This document shows, one piece after another, positions 32,121-44,500 of a stretch of DNA of 64,000 bases (the first letter of the stretch is position 1; every line of letters starts with the position of its first letter). This DNA comes from Trypanosoma brucei (lineage: Eukaryota). Where the stretch lies: positions 3,488,001 to 3,552,000 of the forward strand of contig CH464491.1 in NCBI GenBank assembly GCA_000002445.1, in the 5' to 3' direction. The position numbers and the translations under genes are program-made. A model generated the notes under the pieces. It saw nothing but the letters and a program-made list of their open reading frames with translations. It did not search any database and had not been told where the DNA came from.

Positions 32121-35100
32121 TTAGGCGAACATTGAGTTGTGCGAGTGATGTTGCATTTCCTTTAGTTTCATGTTTTCTACTTCTTCACGAAGTAGCTCCA
32201 TCGTCAAGAGTCTATTCGCTGCTGGTAGCGTTGCAACTTTGCAACACGCGCTAAATGCCGCTGCACGTATAAGTTTTGGGGACACAGATAATTTACTAAG
32301 CTCGTCAAGATCGATACCCTTCTCATCAACAGGTACGTTCTCCGGTAGTGCACGACCCCACAGTATCCGTCGAAGGTGTTGTGTGGGCAAACTAAACCTA
32401 ATTTCTTGCTGAAAGATCAACGGTGTGGAGCGCAAGTCAAGGAACGACGATCCAGACCCATCGACCGTGGCTAAGAACAGTATAGGTCGAGGGAATTGTT
32501 TGGAATGGTAGTGGATGATCTTCGCTACATGGGCTCCTTGCTGGGAATGATTGAACAGCACCTGCGCCTGATCAAAGACGATAATTGCACCCAACGTAAG
32601 TGCCTCGCTGAAAACAGTACCCACCTCCAATTTGTCTAACAGCATGTGCTCCGCCAAGTTGCATAGACGAATGGTCGTGGCGCACTCATACGCAATGCCC
32701 TCCGCCGCAAGACTCTTGCCGCTGCCACTTGGACCATGGAAGAGGTACAACGATCCATTATCTGCACAGTCTTCCTCTTTAAAACCCCATTGTGCAAAAA
32801 GTGTGGTCCTCCCCTTTGCCAACCGTGCTACACCCTCCAACTGTTGTTGGGTCTCAGGTTCCAGTACAAGGTCGGAGAGGGAGCGCTTTGGAGTATGATA
32901 CGACGCCGTTACGGTCTTGCCGGGTTTTTCAGAAGCAAGGAAGAAGCCTCGTAACTGCAGTCGCGCCCCCTCCTCAAGGTCTTGCATACATAACATAGGA
33001 CTCGGCGATCGTTCCCGAGCCACTGCCTTACTGAGAGCCGTTAACACTGCGTTACGGATGAGCCCACCAGAGATTTCATAGTTTAGTGACAGGGCACGAA
33101 CGGACACGTCCTCATGCAGAGAAAGGGCGCTGGGGATATGCGCCCGCCATATTCCCTCCCGCATCTGCTGATCGGGGAGCCGGAACTCCACCATCAGCGA
33201 AATGCGGCGATTCATTGCCTCGTCGATCACCTGCGCCTTGTTTGTTGCGAGCACAACAATCCCGTCGTACTTTTCAAACTCTGCGAGAAGGGATGTAACG
33301 AACGGGTTGGCCTCACGAGCTTCAAATATGGTTTCACACTCATCAAAGAAGATCAGCGCATCGTTTAATTTTGCTTCACGGAATATAAAGCGTAGCACGT
33401 CGCTTCCCTTTGCTTCCGACTTGAACTGTAGCATGTTAACTAGGAGTATCCGCTTTTTGAGCTCGTGTGCCACGGCATTTGCAAGCATTGTTTTGCCCGT
33501 TCCGCTTGGTCCGTAGAATAGGAACACCAGACCACTTCCCCCTGTACCGAGTCCCTCACCAAATCCACAGTTCCGCTTGCATTCCTCAAACATGCCATAG
33601 TGCCGTATAGTCGATAGAACCAGATCAGTCGTTGATTTTGGGAGGACGACGCTGCTCATGGAAACATTTGGTTGGTAAAGCCGCGAACCAGGTACCATTT
33701 CCGCCGTTTCACTCTCCGTACCCATCAGGTAGTCGACAATTTTGCGGTCAATATCAACTATGTAATCCATAAGGTCTGTGTTGAAGCAGCTTCGTCCTGA
33801 ACCTTCAATGGACAGGGACAACACACCGTTGGATACTAGTGGCCCGGAAAGGTAGAACGCCTTGCGCGCGCTGACACGCTCCCGAAGAGTGCTACACAAT
33901 ACAAACAGTATGTAACCCACCGTCATCACACGCTGACCATCCCGCATCACGTAACGACCGTTGATAGCGATTAGTACGTCGTGCGAGACAACATTTCCCA
34001 CCATCAGCAACAGTATACGCTTTTCGAGGTCCGACAACTGCAGCCGCTGGGATAAGGCCTCAGCCCGTGGAAGAAACGTGCCACACCTGAGCGTAGCCTC
34101 TGTACGCGCGAGGTGAACCGCCGTCTTAACTCGGACCTTCCCGTGTAGCTCCCGCATCGTCGCCTCTACCTTGTTCTTCGGTACAAATATGGCATCTTCT
34201 TCATCCTTCATGTCGCTCTCTGCACCATGAAGGCGCACTGTATACGCTATAAGTTTGAAGGACTCTTCCATGTACTCGATGTCGCTTGCATACGGTTTAG
34301 CACCTTCTTCCTCAATGTCCATACGGTCAGTATGACCTCCTGGCGCGCTCTTTTCTCGCGCAGTTGCCGCAAGCAAGGGTGATGTTAGGCCCCCCGTGTT
34401 GTTCGTTGTGGGAGAATGAAAGTTTGCCTGCGGGTGTGATCCACCACGACACTCCACGGCGCTCAAATCCCTTGCGGGCGCTTCACTGCCACTTGGTGCC
34501 ACCGCTGATTGCGTACCAGGTGCCTCCAACCGTGGTGAACGGCTGCCGCTACAGCAACTTAGAGTATGTAGATTCATTTCTTCATCATCGTAATCATCAT
34601 CGTCATTGACATCCCCATCGCCCCATCCGTTATTGCTTCCCGCCCGCTTTTCGCTCTTGCGGACGTTTGTACACACTGGCGTTTCCGCGGCGTTGCCTTC
34701 TCCCCCTTCCTTCACCCCATTTTCTGCAAACTTGGCACGAATAGTAGCGCGCTCCTCGGTGAGGACGTCAGCAAGAGCCGTTTTTTCCAGTTTAATAAGC
34801 TGATCCTCCGGGAGATTATCTCCGACAAGTGCAGCAATCACCTCTTGCGGCATGTACACCCTGGACTCCATGAACGTCGTCTTGAATTTGGATTCCGTGG
34901 CGATTACCCCTTGCTTCACATGGTTGCGATAGTCGGCGAGAAAGTGCATGAGCTGTACGGGATTCAAACCAGTCCTGGAGGCGAGTGTACCAGGAGTGGT
35001 GGAATCTTTCGAGCATTTCTGCGGCCACACAGAGCCACTATGACATATAACAAGATACGTAAGGGCAGCGGTCTCGTGTTGACTAAGGCTTAATTTGTTC

Positions 35101-35966
35101 GAAAGCCGAATAATGCGTGGAGGCCGTGCCATTTTCTGCAGACGGATGGCCGTATGTTGGACGTAGAGCTCTGCCACTACGGATTGGCAGGGTCTGCACT
35201 GCTGGCAGAAGTCCAGCCGGGCTGTCATCAGCATACGAAGCACGTGCTCGTTACAGCCCACGAGGCCCGAGGTACCTTCCACCCACCGACGCCATATGTA
35301 GCGCATCTCGTGCGCCATAAGAAACTCACTGTCATCTGCAAACGGAGGAAGGCGGACATCCATAGCGCGACGCAGGGCGGCTACCAACAGAGTCTCAGTT
35401 TCCCCAGCGTGTCGGCCCTTTGGAGCGCTGCTGCTAGTGCCGTTGACATTTCCCCAGGCCTCGAATGATTCCCCCCGAACACGCTCGTTGTTACCGGTTT
35501 CATCCTCGGCCCCTTGAGTGGGTGGGAGAAGAGGAACTCGCTCCAGGTAAGTGACGACCTCGTTTGGAATGGCAAACGATTTCAGCATCTCAAATCTGTA
35601 TGGTGGTGCAGGTTCCCTCCCCCCCACCTGCTGTGAGGTTATGGTGCTGGTGTCACTACCCTCCGTGCGTGTGCTCCTACTCACCGTGGTATTACCATCC
35701 AGGCTACCGTTTCCAGGAGCGTGAGGGCGGCTCGCAGCACTGCCACTGTGGTTCAGATAAGTGACCTCCGATGGCGGTATAAGTTGCATGTAGTGATGTA
35801 CCAGGGGGGTTAGGAGGTCCAGCTGACTCACCGGTTCTCCCAAAAATTCCTCCTCCTTTTGTGTGGAAAGGGTGGAGAGAGTGACAACCATCCCAGCCTG
35901 CGTGCAGTCGGTGGAGGAGGGAGTGCCGACTGCTTCGCTGCGACTACGACGGCTTCGTTTCGGCAT
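32121..35966 (-). CDS. Tandem AAA+ ATPase (two AAA domains, D1 canonical, D2 with a degenerate Walker B) preceded by a ~600-aa N-terminal region of unknown function
   Basis: 1281-aa ORF. D1 has Walker A 'GPSGTGKT', Walker B 'LIFFDECETIF' and sensor/arginine region 'ATNKAQVIDEAMNRR'. D2 has Walker A 'GPSGSGKS' and Walker B 'IIVFDQAQVLF', where DQ replaces DE. The start ATG lies at 35964-35966. Confidence 0.8.
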   Translation of the reverse strand: MPKRSRRSRSEAVGTPSSTDCTQAGMVVTLSTLSTQKEEEFLGEPVSQLDLLTPLVHHYMQLIPPSEVTYLNHSGSAASRPHAPGNGSLDGNTTVSRSTRTEGSDTSTITSQQVGGREPAPPYRFEMLKSFAIPNEVVTYLERVPLLPPTQGAEDETGNNERVRGESFEAWGNVNGTSSSAPKGRHAGETETLLVAALRRAMDVRLPPFADDSEFLMAHEMRYIWRRWVEGTSGLVGCNEHVLRMLMTARLDFCQQCRPCQSVVAELYVQHTAIRLQKMARPPRIIRLSNKLSLSQHETAALTYLVICHSGSVWPQKCSKDSTTPGTLASRTGLNPVQLMHFLADYRNHVKQGVIATESKFKTTFMESRVYMPQEVIAALVGDNLPEDQLIKLEKTALADVLTEERATIRAKFAENGVKEGGEGNAAETPVCTNVRKSEKRAGSNNGWGDGDVNDDDDYDDEEMNLHTLSCCSGSRSPRLEAPGTQSAVAPSGSEAPARDLSAVECRGGSHPQANFHSPTTNNTGGLTSPLLAATAREKSAPGGHTDRMDIEEEGAKPYASDIEYMEESFKLIAYTVRLHGAESDMKDEEDAIFVPKNKVEATMRELHGKVRVKTAVHLARTEATLRCGTFLPRAEALSQRLQLSDLEKRILLLMVGNVVSHDVLIAINGRYVMRDGQRVMTVGYILFVLCSTLRERVSARKAFYLSGPLVSNGVLSLSIEGSGRSCFNTDLMDYIVDIDRKIVDYLMGTESETAEMVPGSRLYQPNVSMSSVVLPKSTTDLVLSTIRHYGMFEECKRNCGFGEGLGTGGSGLVFLFYGPSGTGKTMLANAVAHELKKRILLVNMLQFKSEAKGSDVLRFIFREAKLNDALIFFDECETIFEAREANPFVTSLLAEFEKYDGIVVLATNKAQVIDEAMNRRISLMVEFRLPDQQMREGIWRAHIPSALSLHEDVSVRALSLNYEISGGLIRNAVLTALSKAVARERSPSPMLCMQDLEEGARLQLRGFFLASEKPGKTVTASYHTPKRSLSDLVLEPETQQQLEGVARLAKGRTTLFAQWGFKEEDCADNGSLYLFHGPSGSGKSLAAEGIAYECATTIRLCNLAEHMLLDKLEVGTVFSEALTLGAIIVFDQAQVLFNHSQQGAHVAKIIHYHSKQFPRPILFLATVDGSGSSFLDLRSTPLIFQQEIRFSLPTQHLRRILWGRALPENVPVDEKGIDLDELSKLSVSPKLIRAAAFSACCKVATLPAANRLLTMELLREEVENMKLKEMQHHSHNSMFA

Positions 35967-36415
35967 TCGGGTTACTTCTCTTGTCTCTCTGAAGCACAGA
36001 TGTGAGGTCGGAAGCGTTAGACCAGAATACTAGTAAACGAAGAAAGAGTACGGGTTCGCAGTTTCCGAGGGAAAACGGAGGAAGCAGACGCAAGAGAACT
36101 TAAGGTGACACAGCTTACTGGAGTGTGTTGTCACCTTTATTCCTCCCGCTTCCCGCACACCCGCTACCGCTTTTGGCTTTTGTTTGCTTCCCTTTCTACT
36201 AGTGAGCTCGTGGGGATACAGCGGCGGGGCAGAGCATATTAAACAAAACGGGCATGTTACACGGAAGAGAGCAAACAGAATAAGATATTTGGGAACGCTA
36301 TTTCACCATTGACGGGGTCACGCCTGATCCAAACGAATGAACCGCAAACTCACGTCGCACCCCGGGTTCCCAAACACCACGAGGTGGTGAGAGGAAAACT
36401 CGAGCAAGGGCTGAG

Positions 36416-36416
<1 letters not shown>

Positions 36417-36448
<32 letters not shown>
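36417..36448. repeat. (CA)n microsatellite
   Basis: The sequence 'cacacacacacacacacacacacacacaca' is directly visible, in the spacer between the AAA-ATPase and BTB/CCHC genes. Confidence 0.9.
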
Positions 36449-36450
<2 letters not shown>

Positions 36451-36512
36451 AAGACAGCGAGACCGTCGTGACGCCTACGTATGGCGGCAGCGGTCCGGAA
36501 TTAATTTTTCAT

Positions 36513-37457
36513 TCAGTACCGACAATTGTGGTCTGTATGCCCCGTGACACCACATCTTGAGCATGCAACCGTTACCAGTACCAAATCCTCGTCGTCCACG
36601 CTGGGATGTTGGCCCCTAACTGCGTCAGCATTAGCTTCCGTACGCGCCCGTTCCTGTTCCGCGCGGCTTCGCAGGTAAGCCTCTGCCTTTTCCCATGGTG
36701 TAGCTTGCTCCCCTCCCCTTCCGTTGTTTTGACCACTGTGTTCTCCATTGGGACCCTGGTTGTGTGTGTGCGCCACGTCATTTGTCTTCCCCGAGCTGTC
36801 GGGTAAGGCGGTTGGGCGCCCATGGCAGTGTTGGAGTGGTTCCACACCGAAGGTACACACAACACGTGCCATGGTAAGCTGTGCGTCGTATGGCATCTCA
36901 TCCCACCGAACGGGGAACTTTGGTGGCGGCTGCCTTTGTTGTTCCTCCGCCCCGTTGCTATTCCAATGGAACAGTTTCCTAATGTACACGAAAACAACGC
37001 CGACATCTTCGGGTACCATTTTTTTGTCTGTGTAGACAAAGCGCCACATGCAACAATCTTCTTTCCATTCCACTTGCGCCACGTCAGCCATCATATCTAC
37101 GGTGCTCCCTTTGTTTGAATTGAAAAGGGCGTTAACTTCAGTAGCCGCTCTGGTGTAGCACGTCTGACAATCAATGAAGCTGTAGGCACTCGTGTCATTG
37201 TTCCGCTCACCGTCGCCTTTCAGCCTATCAGCAACGCCCCGAAAGAAACAACGAAACAGCGCGCAACTTGATGACAGAACTTCCACAGTTGATTCAAACC
37301 TCTGACCGCGTATCACTACTTGAACCCGTTGCTGCTGAAGCTGTGGGTCCGTGTGCAGCATCTGGCTGTGAGCAAACGATTGCAGAGAATGGGGAAAAAC
37401 TGGGTCATGGGTGAACTTGCTTGCCCCTAGGGCCTCACGTCGCATAGGGGAACACAA
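36513..37457 (-). CDS. Hypothetical protein with a possible BTB/T1-like N-terminal domain and a C-terminal CCHC zinc knuckle
   Basis: 314-aa ORF. 'VQVVIRGQRFESTVEVLSSSCALFRCFF' resembles a K-channel-tetramerisation (T1/BTB) start 'V.LNVGG..F.T...L'. The C-terminal 'CSRCGVTGHTDHNC' fits CX2CX4HX4C exactly. Confidence 0.5.
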   Translation of the reverse strand: MCSPMRREALGASKFTHDPVFPHSLQSFAHSQMLHTDPQLQQQRVQVVIRGQRFESTVEVLSSSCALFRCFFRGVADRLKGDGERNNDTSAYSFIDCQTCYTRAATEVNALFNSNKGSTVDMMADVAQVEWKEDCCMWRFVYTDKKMVPEDVGVVFVYIRKLFHWNSNGAEEQQRQPPPKFPVRWDEMPYDAQLTMARVVCTFGVEPLQHCHGRPTALPDSSGKTNDVAHTHNQGPNGEHSGQNNGRGGEQATPWEKAEAYLRSRAEQERARTEANADAVRGQHPSVDDEDLVLVTVACSRCGVTGHTDHNCRY

Positions 37458-38599
37458 TCATGTGGGTAGTCGATTCCAGTTACACAGTAGGCGCGTGTCT
37501 GGGCACGTCGAACACGGTGAGTGTTCAAAATCGTATAAATAAAGGGGGAGGGAGTACGCGGTTATAAAATTATGACCCAATGGTTTCGGGTAGCGACGGG
37601 GTCATATTGACCTAAACCTGCTAAAAGAGGTACGTACGCACTACTTCCATTCGTGCCTAGTTGCGCTCTCAAATAACCTTCTCCACGCCTTCTCTCACCC
37701 ACTGCGACTGGCAAACGCGCTGGCATTGTGGGTTCGGGAAGCCCACTGCACACCCCCAAATGCCAGACACCGTCGCCACTCTATAATGAGGAGCGCCAAC
37801 AGTGCTTCCGTCTTTTCCCTCTTTCTTCCCTCTCTCCTCCTTTCCAAGAAAAAAAAATAAGTAGAATGTGGCTGTCACATACGATGGCGCCCCACCTCAC
37901 CTCCAAAACGAAAAAAAAATTCAAAATGCCACTCCCTGCTTAACCCCTGTTTTAACTTCCTTCAGACACTGCAGTCGCGTAAATAGAACACAAATATATC
38001 CCGTCAGCGCCAGAATTGAAGGGGAGTGCATATGCGCGCTCATTGAGGAGGAAGAGGGGAAGGGGGGTAACCAAAGTAGTTCCTTTTTTTTCTTACCTGC
38101 CATATTTCTGATGTTTCCTCGAGGTAAAAGTGATCCGAAAACGCAGTGCACATGTATGGTAATGTAGTGCGGATTGATAATGGGGGAAAACGATGGTCAT
38201 CCTTGCATCGGCTTAGCTGAGGTGGGCACATGCTAAAGCAAGCATGTCACGGACGAGGTGCCTTCCTTGCTTACACGGTGATCATTCATGTTTTTTTTCT
38301 TTTCTAAACTACTTTAGTATGAAAGGCAAATTTTCGCACGGCGTGATCGGCCCCATCCAAAACTGTACACACAGTGTCCACCGCTCTTCCGACCCGTGTT
38401 TTAGTGCTGTTTCCCTTCTGTTATTTTCCTCCATCTTACCGTTCCATTTGACCCACACTTGCTTCCTCCATCTCCTTTTCCACTTTTTCTTTAACCCTTA
38501 AACGATATTCCCTGGGGAGGAGGGGGACATCATTTTATTTCTCACACACGCCCTTTGTGGACACCCACCCTCTTGCAGATCCGTCATAGCATTCTTAAC

Positions 38600-41500
38600 T
38601 CACACGGTACGTATTAACTCTTTTAACACGTTAAGTTCTTGGCTATTCGAGAACCAGCTTACTTGTTCAGGCCATTTCTCCGCGTACCGCAACATTTCTT
38701 CAAATACAAGTGGATCATCATCCGGCCGCAACACTGGAGCTTCCACTGTTTCCACATCACTGTTGCCATCATCCTCATCCATAGGCAACTCGGGCTGGTG
38801 ACTAACAGTTATGGGGACTGACGTTCCGGTACTTCCCCATCCACCTTCTGTCCTCCTTTTATCCGACAGTTTCCCCCTGTGCACTATCGCTACGTCAATG
38901 AAGGTTTGTCGATGACCAAAAACGATACAAAATTCCCTCGCACGCGTGAGAGCAACATTGATTCGATGCCAGTCCTGTAAAAACCCAAGTGTTGATCCAT
39001 ACCTTGAGCGGTTGTTTGTTCCGGCCCCCCCGTTGCGTACAGGCGCTCGGACACAGCTGATAAACACAAAATCCCTTTCCTTCCCCTGAAAGCTATCCGT
39101 GGTTGCAACTTGCATCTCGCTCCTGCGCTCCTCAGGGGTGAGATTGCTAATAATCGCTTCCCTCTGAGCACGGTAAAAAGTGATAATACCCGCATGTTTT
39201 GCAAACTCTGACACCGTAAGATTGAGAAACTTTCGAAATCGGCGTACGTGTTCTGCAACCACTTTTGCCTCGGTGTTGTTAACCACAGAAGTGCCTCGAA
39301 GTCCACCCTTTCCGCTACTTTCCATGCGACCCTCATGCACATCCACGAATATTAGTCGCGGGAGCTTTTCCAGCTTAGTCCGTGTTGCCAGGTGAATCAC
39401 CGCAGAGGCCGGAATCGCCCTTCGTAGTACGCTTTCATGCGTGCGGAGCTTCCCCTCGTAGAAATACTTGTTTGGGAAGGCACAAAGGCTAGGGTGCATG
39501 CGAAATTGTGTGAGCAGCGTGAAGGGGCGGTGACCCTCGTTGAGTAAACGTTGAAGGAGGCTGCGTCGTAGCCCACACGCCGCAGACTTCTGAGAAAGAA
39601 CGGTCGGCTGAAGTTGTCGTGAGTCACCGACAAGAACGACGCGCCGCTTTGCAAGCACAAGCGCGAGTAGGGCTTCGGGCTCTGTGCACTGTGACGCTTC
39701 ATCCACTACCACCACATCATATTCTGAAAGAAAGCGTTGTATCTGTGGTATAGAACCAATGGTAGTACAGACCACGGAAGCATCACGGATTATTTGGTCC
39801 TTCTTTTTGCTTCTACCATACAACATGACATTGCTGCTGTCGGCGCTGGCAGGAAGCGCCCTCTTACCATATGGTCGGCCATTTGTATCCATTTCGGCGT
39901 GGAACGTCTGCTGCCCACCCGCATCATCACTCGTCACATCAGTGCAGTCGTCAAGGAACACCGCTGGCCTTATGGCGAGGACCTGTGGGTCAACACTCTC
40001 CCGCACCCCAACACGCAGCAAACGACGGTTAGCCAACTGTGGGGCGCGCGTTAACAGGCTCCGCAATCGCAGAAGTACTTCATCCACCGCACGGTTAGAC
40101 GAAGCACATAGCAGCACTCGCTTCCCTTCTTGGAGGGTTTTCAACAAATTAATTGTAAGGGCAGCGATAGTTTGCGTTTTCCCCGTCCCAGGTGGCCCCT
40201 CAATGATGGTGATATCTGGCGGCGCCGCATCTAATCTCTTCTCGCCGAGAGCTTGTTCTTCCCATTCACTTACCAACGCAACAAGGGCGACGGCAACCGC
40301 ACGGGCCTGAAATTCGTCAAGGCAGTCGCGTAACAGGAGCTTTTTGGCAAAGGTGTCCCACCTTTCAGTTTCGAATAGCACGGTGTCCAGCACACGTGCA
40401 TGCTCCTGGGCCTTGCGTGCAGCCAACCTAGGCTTCATCAAGGTGCTAGCTATGCACCTACGCTGCACGTCGAAGAGAGCAGATACTACTGCGAGCGAGG
40501 GGCCAAGTGGAAAAAGCCGCTTAATATAGAAATGTTTTTTATGCATGATGAAGGCGCGCAGTGCTTGTGCAAAGGGTATTAATGGTATGTTCCAACCATC
40601 ACTAGACTCAAGGTCTGGGCGTTTCGACTTCGGCGGCGTGAACACGGTGAGAGTTGCGCTGCTCTGACCCTGCTGCACCACGGTAACAATACATATTTTT
40701 GGCATGCACCCCATTGTGGCCCACACTGTCGGGGTGTCACAGCCGCCAAATGCATCTGGTAGCGCCGACCTCAAGGGACCAAGCGGGAACATTAGCACAG
40801 CAACATCACCTTCCAATAAAACTGTACCTATTGACGGCAGAACCTTCGCTTCCCCACCAAGGTTAGCGAGTGTGATGTTGAACTGCATACGCGTCGGGTC
40901 CACCGGATTTACAGTTGCGTTACCTGTGCACACAACAGAGACTGAATTTTCAACAATCCAGGATGCGGGGCGCGTCCCGCCCTCCACCACACCCCTGACA
41001 ACGCTGTTATGAATGGTGTCATTATCCTCATCTTCACCAATCATGTCACCATACACGATGTCCTCCGGGGGGCGATTTTTCCCAGTACGGTTTCTCCATC
41101 GGCATCCGTCCAGCATTTCATCAAACTTGTGGTATAGCTCGTGGCGTAACTCCACTGCGATGTGAGGAAGGAATGAAGACACGTACGCGGTAAAGCCACT
41201 GTCCGTGGCTGTAGCAAAACTCTCCGGTATAACGGGCGCTTCTTCGGCTAGGCATGAAGCGCCCGTTCCAATAATATCGCTTACTGGCGGAGGACTCCGT
41301 AGGAAGTCTGTATACCCGACGATACGCCGTATCGCGTCATGGCATTGGCTCAATTTTTTAGCCTGTGTAATTTCACGAACTTTGCGTTCTCTTAAAAGTT
41401 GCAAGTTGGAGACGCCGACAGACTGACTTCCGTTCTGCCTTTTTTCTGCAACCCCTGATGCCGCCAAAAACTGCTGCTGTTGCTGAAAACGCTGCTGTAA

Positions 41501-44500
41501 CAACGCGTTTGAAATCAAGATCCGATTTGGCACAGCAGGTCTCTGACCCTTCGGAAACATCAAATCTCCCCCACGTGGGCGCTTCATCCCAGTGGTTGCC
41601 TCTTCCGTGCAGGTGACATTCGCTATCGTCCGATGTTCCCCCTGTTGGTTCTGCCGCCTCTCGTGATCCACTTGAAGTTGCACGTGAGATAAATTGAAGT
41701 CAGTTGCTGTTGGTCTTTCTGGCATCTGTCGGCCACGAGCCTCCAGTTCCCGCTTCTCCTCCATCGTGAACTTTTCTTCCTGGAGGGCTAGTGACATGGC
41801 GGAACGGTTATGGGCCTCTTTTACCTCTCGAATAATCGCAGTTAACCAGTGAATGTCGGCATTGAGGAGCGGAATAAGCCTATCCCCTTGGAAGTGCGGT
41901 AATAACTTGCTAAACGCTGAATGGAGTCCCAACGTAAAGCTTTCGTCCCGCGGCAAAGAGCTGAGCACCCGGGCAACATATAATAACGATTCTGTGAAAT
42001 TGTGGGGAACGTAATAAATCCATCCCCCTAACACCGCTAGCATCAGCCGTTGTGCGCACCGACGCAGCAGCTGAGGGTCGCACCAGCGCTCCAGAAAACT
42101 CTGGAAGTCCTCATCAAGTCCGTTTACACTGTTGCCGCAGTCACTACTATCGCTGCTGCTAACGCTACTGCTGCGGCTGATCATGTTGTGGACGCTACAA
42201 GCAGCCGTGGCTGTTGGTGCATCGGCGGCCTGTCGTCTTGTTTGTGCCGCCCCTAACGTATAAGTCGTAATTGGTGGAAGCAGCACGATGACTTTGAGCG
42301 ATAGCTTACCGCAGAGGGCTGAGGATAGTGGAGAATGCTCCGCCACCAACGCACACAGCCACCACATTACCGTCAGAACCCAGTCCGCTACTCTTGACCT
42401 GTCGCATGCACTCATTACGTTTACCCACATAACTCCTCTTGCACGGGCCGCGTCATTCACTTTCTTCTCGTCGAGCAAAAGCGGGTAGTCGTTGAGCACC
42501 TCGTCGTTAAGAATGAGTTTCTGCATCATCCAGTTCGCCGCTTCGGTGTAGATGGCTTCTCTATGAGCGGCAATAGGAAAATACAGGTTTAGTATTGTCT
42601 CACCGACTTCATGCATGTTTTCGTTCCCGGAAAGAAACAAAACTCCAGCGAAGTGTCGAACGTGAGAATCCGAGGAAGAGGAAAGTGTCGCAGCCGACGT
42701 CCACGCGTCGTCGTCAACACCACTACGTGTACCAGGAGTATTTCCACCTTTTTTTGTGATCTTTCGTTGCTTCATCACAGCGCTCGCGGCTCCACGGAGT
42801 ACGCGGGCGACCTCACTCATACATTTATCCACGAGTGACGCAAGGGGTTGTGCGCCCCTTTCCTGTCCTTCTTGATTGCGCGAAAAAAGCCAAATACAAG
42901 CAGCAGGACACTCAACAAAAACAGTTAACACCTCCAGCATTGAAAAGAGCTGCAACTGCGGTGATGGCGAACTCGACGCTTCAGTGACCTCCAGCGCTGC
43001 CGTACAGACCCTCTCCAGCAACCGAGGAAACACTTCCCACAGATCCCGAAAACAGCCTGCGGGGAGCGACTCGTCCGTTTTGGTGAATGCTTCCACGTCC
43101 GCGCGCGCAAAGTGTCTCAGTAGTAGCACCACCGAAATAGTGTTTGAGGTGCGACGTAAAATTGCGAATGCAATGTCAGCGACGCCCCTCTGAATTGACC
43201 GAAGAAGGTTGTGGTGGCTCTGTGTCGCTACTACTTGTGGAACTTCATCTGAGAGAGAGCACATAACGTTGCTTAGTGTGTGAATCACCACTTCCATATT
43301 GCGAAATGCAGCGTCACTGCACCCACTTCTGGCGGTGCGTGCTGTTTGTTCCGCTGCTCCAAAGTTGATATATTTACCTATGTTCTTCGAAAAAAGAGTT
43401 GCAATCCAACCGGCCAATTTTCCTGGATGCGGTTCGTCTGCTGGTCTCCCAGAGGCGTCGACTGGGGCCCCGGTTTCCGGTGTAGATTTTGGGGGTTCGA
43501 TGTGCGCAGCCAACCACCACAACTCCCGCAGCCGTTGCCCATACCATTTTGCCCTTCGCTTTCCTTCACATTCACCTGCGTTTTTTCCATTGGTTATGAC
43601 CATGTGAAGAATGGTCCTCGCGACACTCATCCGCGGTTGGCCACTGGGTACCGATGCCGGAAGTGCCGTTCCGTCCTCCAAGCAAGCACTAAGCATCGTT
43701 GCCAGCAGTTCCGTCGTGGGTTTCGACAATTGCCCCTCTTTGGGATCCCTGGCACTGGAAAGTAACCAATGAATAATTGCACCACCTCCAAGTGTTAGTA
43801 CCACCCCTTCGGACACCTGAGCTAGAGCTAACATCGCGTGAGGTACATTGCTGGCACCTTCAACGCTGCCGCTGGGTGTTTCATGTCCTATCGCATACTG
43901 CTGCTTCAGTTCCTTAGAAATGTCCATGAGTTCTTTGTCTAGGGCACCCAAAAAGGCGAAAAGACTGCAAAATCCGTCGGCAACTGCGCACCGCACCTTT
44001 TCCTCTGCCACCGGCATGGGTATGCGCACGAGATGCCTCAACGTACACAACAACTGCAGGGAAACAAACCATACCGCCTTCGCTGCGGTAGCTGGTGTAT
44101 CAGCATCCCTTCTGAAGTGGCTCACTCCTGAGAGTTCTAGAAGTATCTTTCGGGACAAAAAGCGCACTACTCTGCGCCTGTGAAAGAGCAATAAGACCAG
44201 AGCACCGTGAAAAGCCGTGCTCTTCGACGCAGTAAGCAAACTCAGCAAATCAACGTCGGACCCTGTGGAGGCACCTTGTGCGAAGGACTCGCCGTAATCA
44301 GGTTTATCTGATAGGACGTGCTCGAGGGCCTTGTGCACTACGGGTGAGCTTGCTCCAAAGGTGGGCCCCACGGGGATTAGGCCACGCGATAGTTGTCTCA
44401 CCATTTCGGGAATTTCTTCTAGTGTGAGTTCACTCTCACATAGAACAACTTCTTCGCTAGCCCCTTTCCCACTTTCCGCTTTATCGTCAGTGCTCTGAAG

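Noticed and set aside
39684-40310. 208-aa plus-strand ORF, with others at 43280..43765, 46347..46898 and 49244..49792
   Set aside because: Each is embedded antisense within a minus-strand gene whose motifs clearly define the real frame (helicase, bromodomain protein, or the 281-aa ORF). No independent support.
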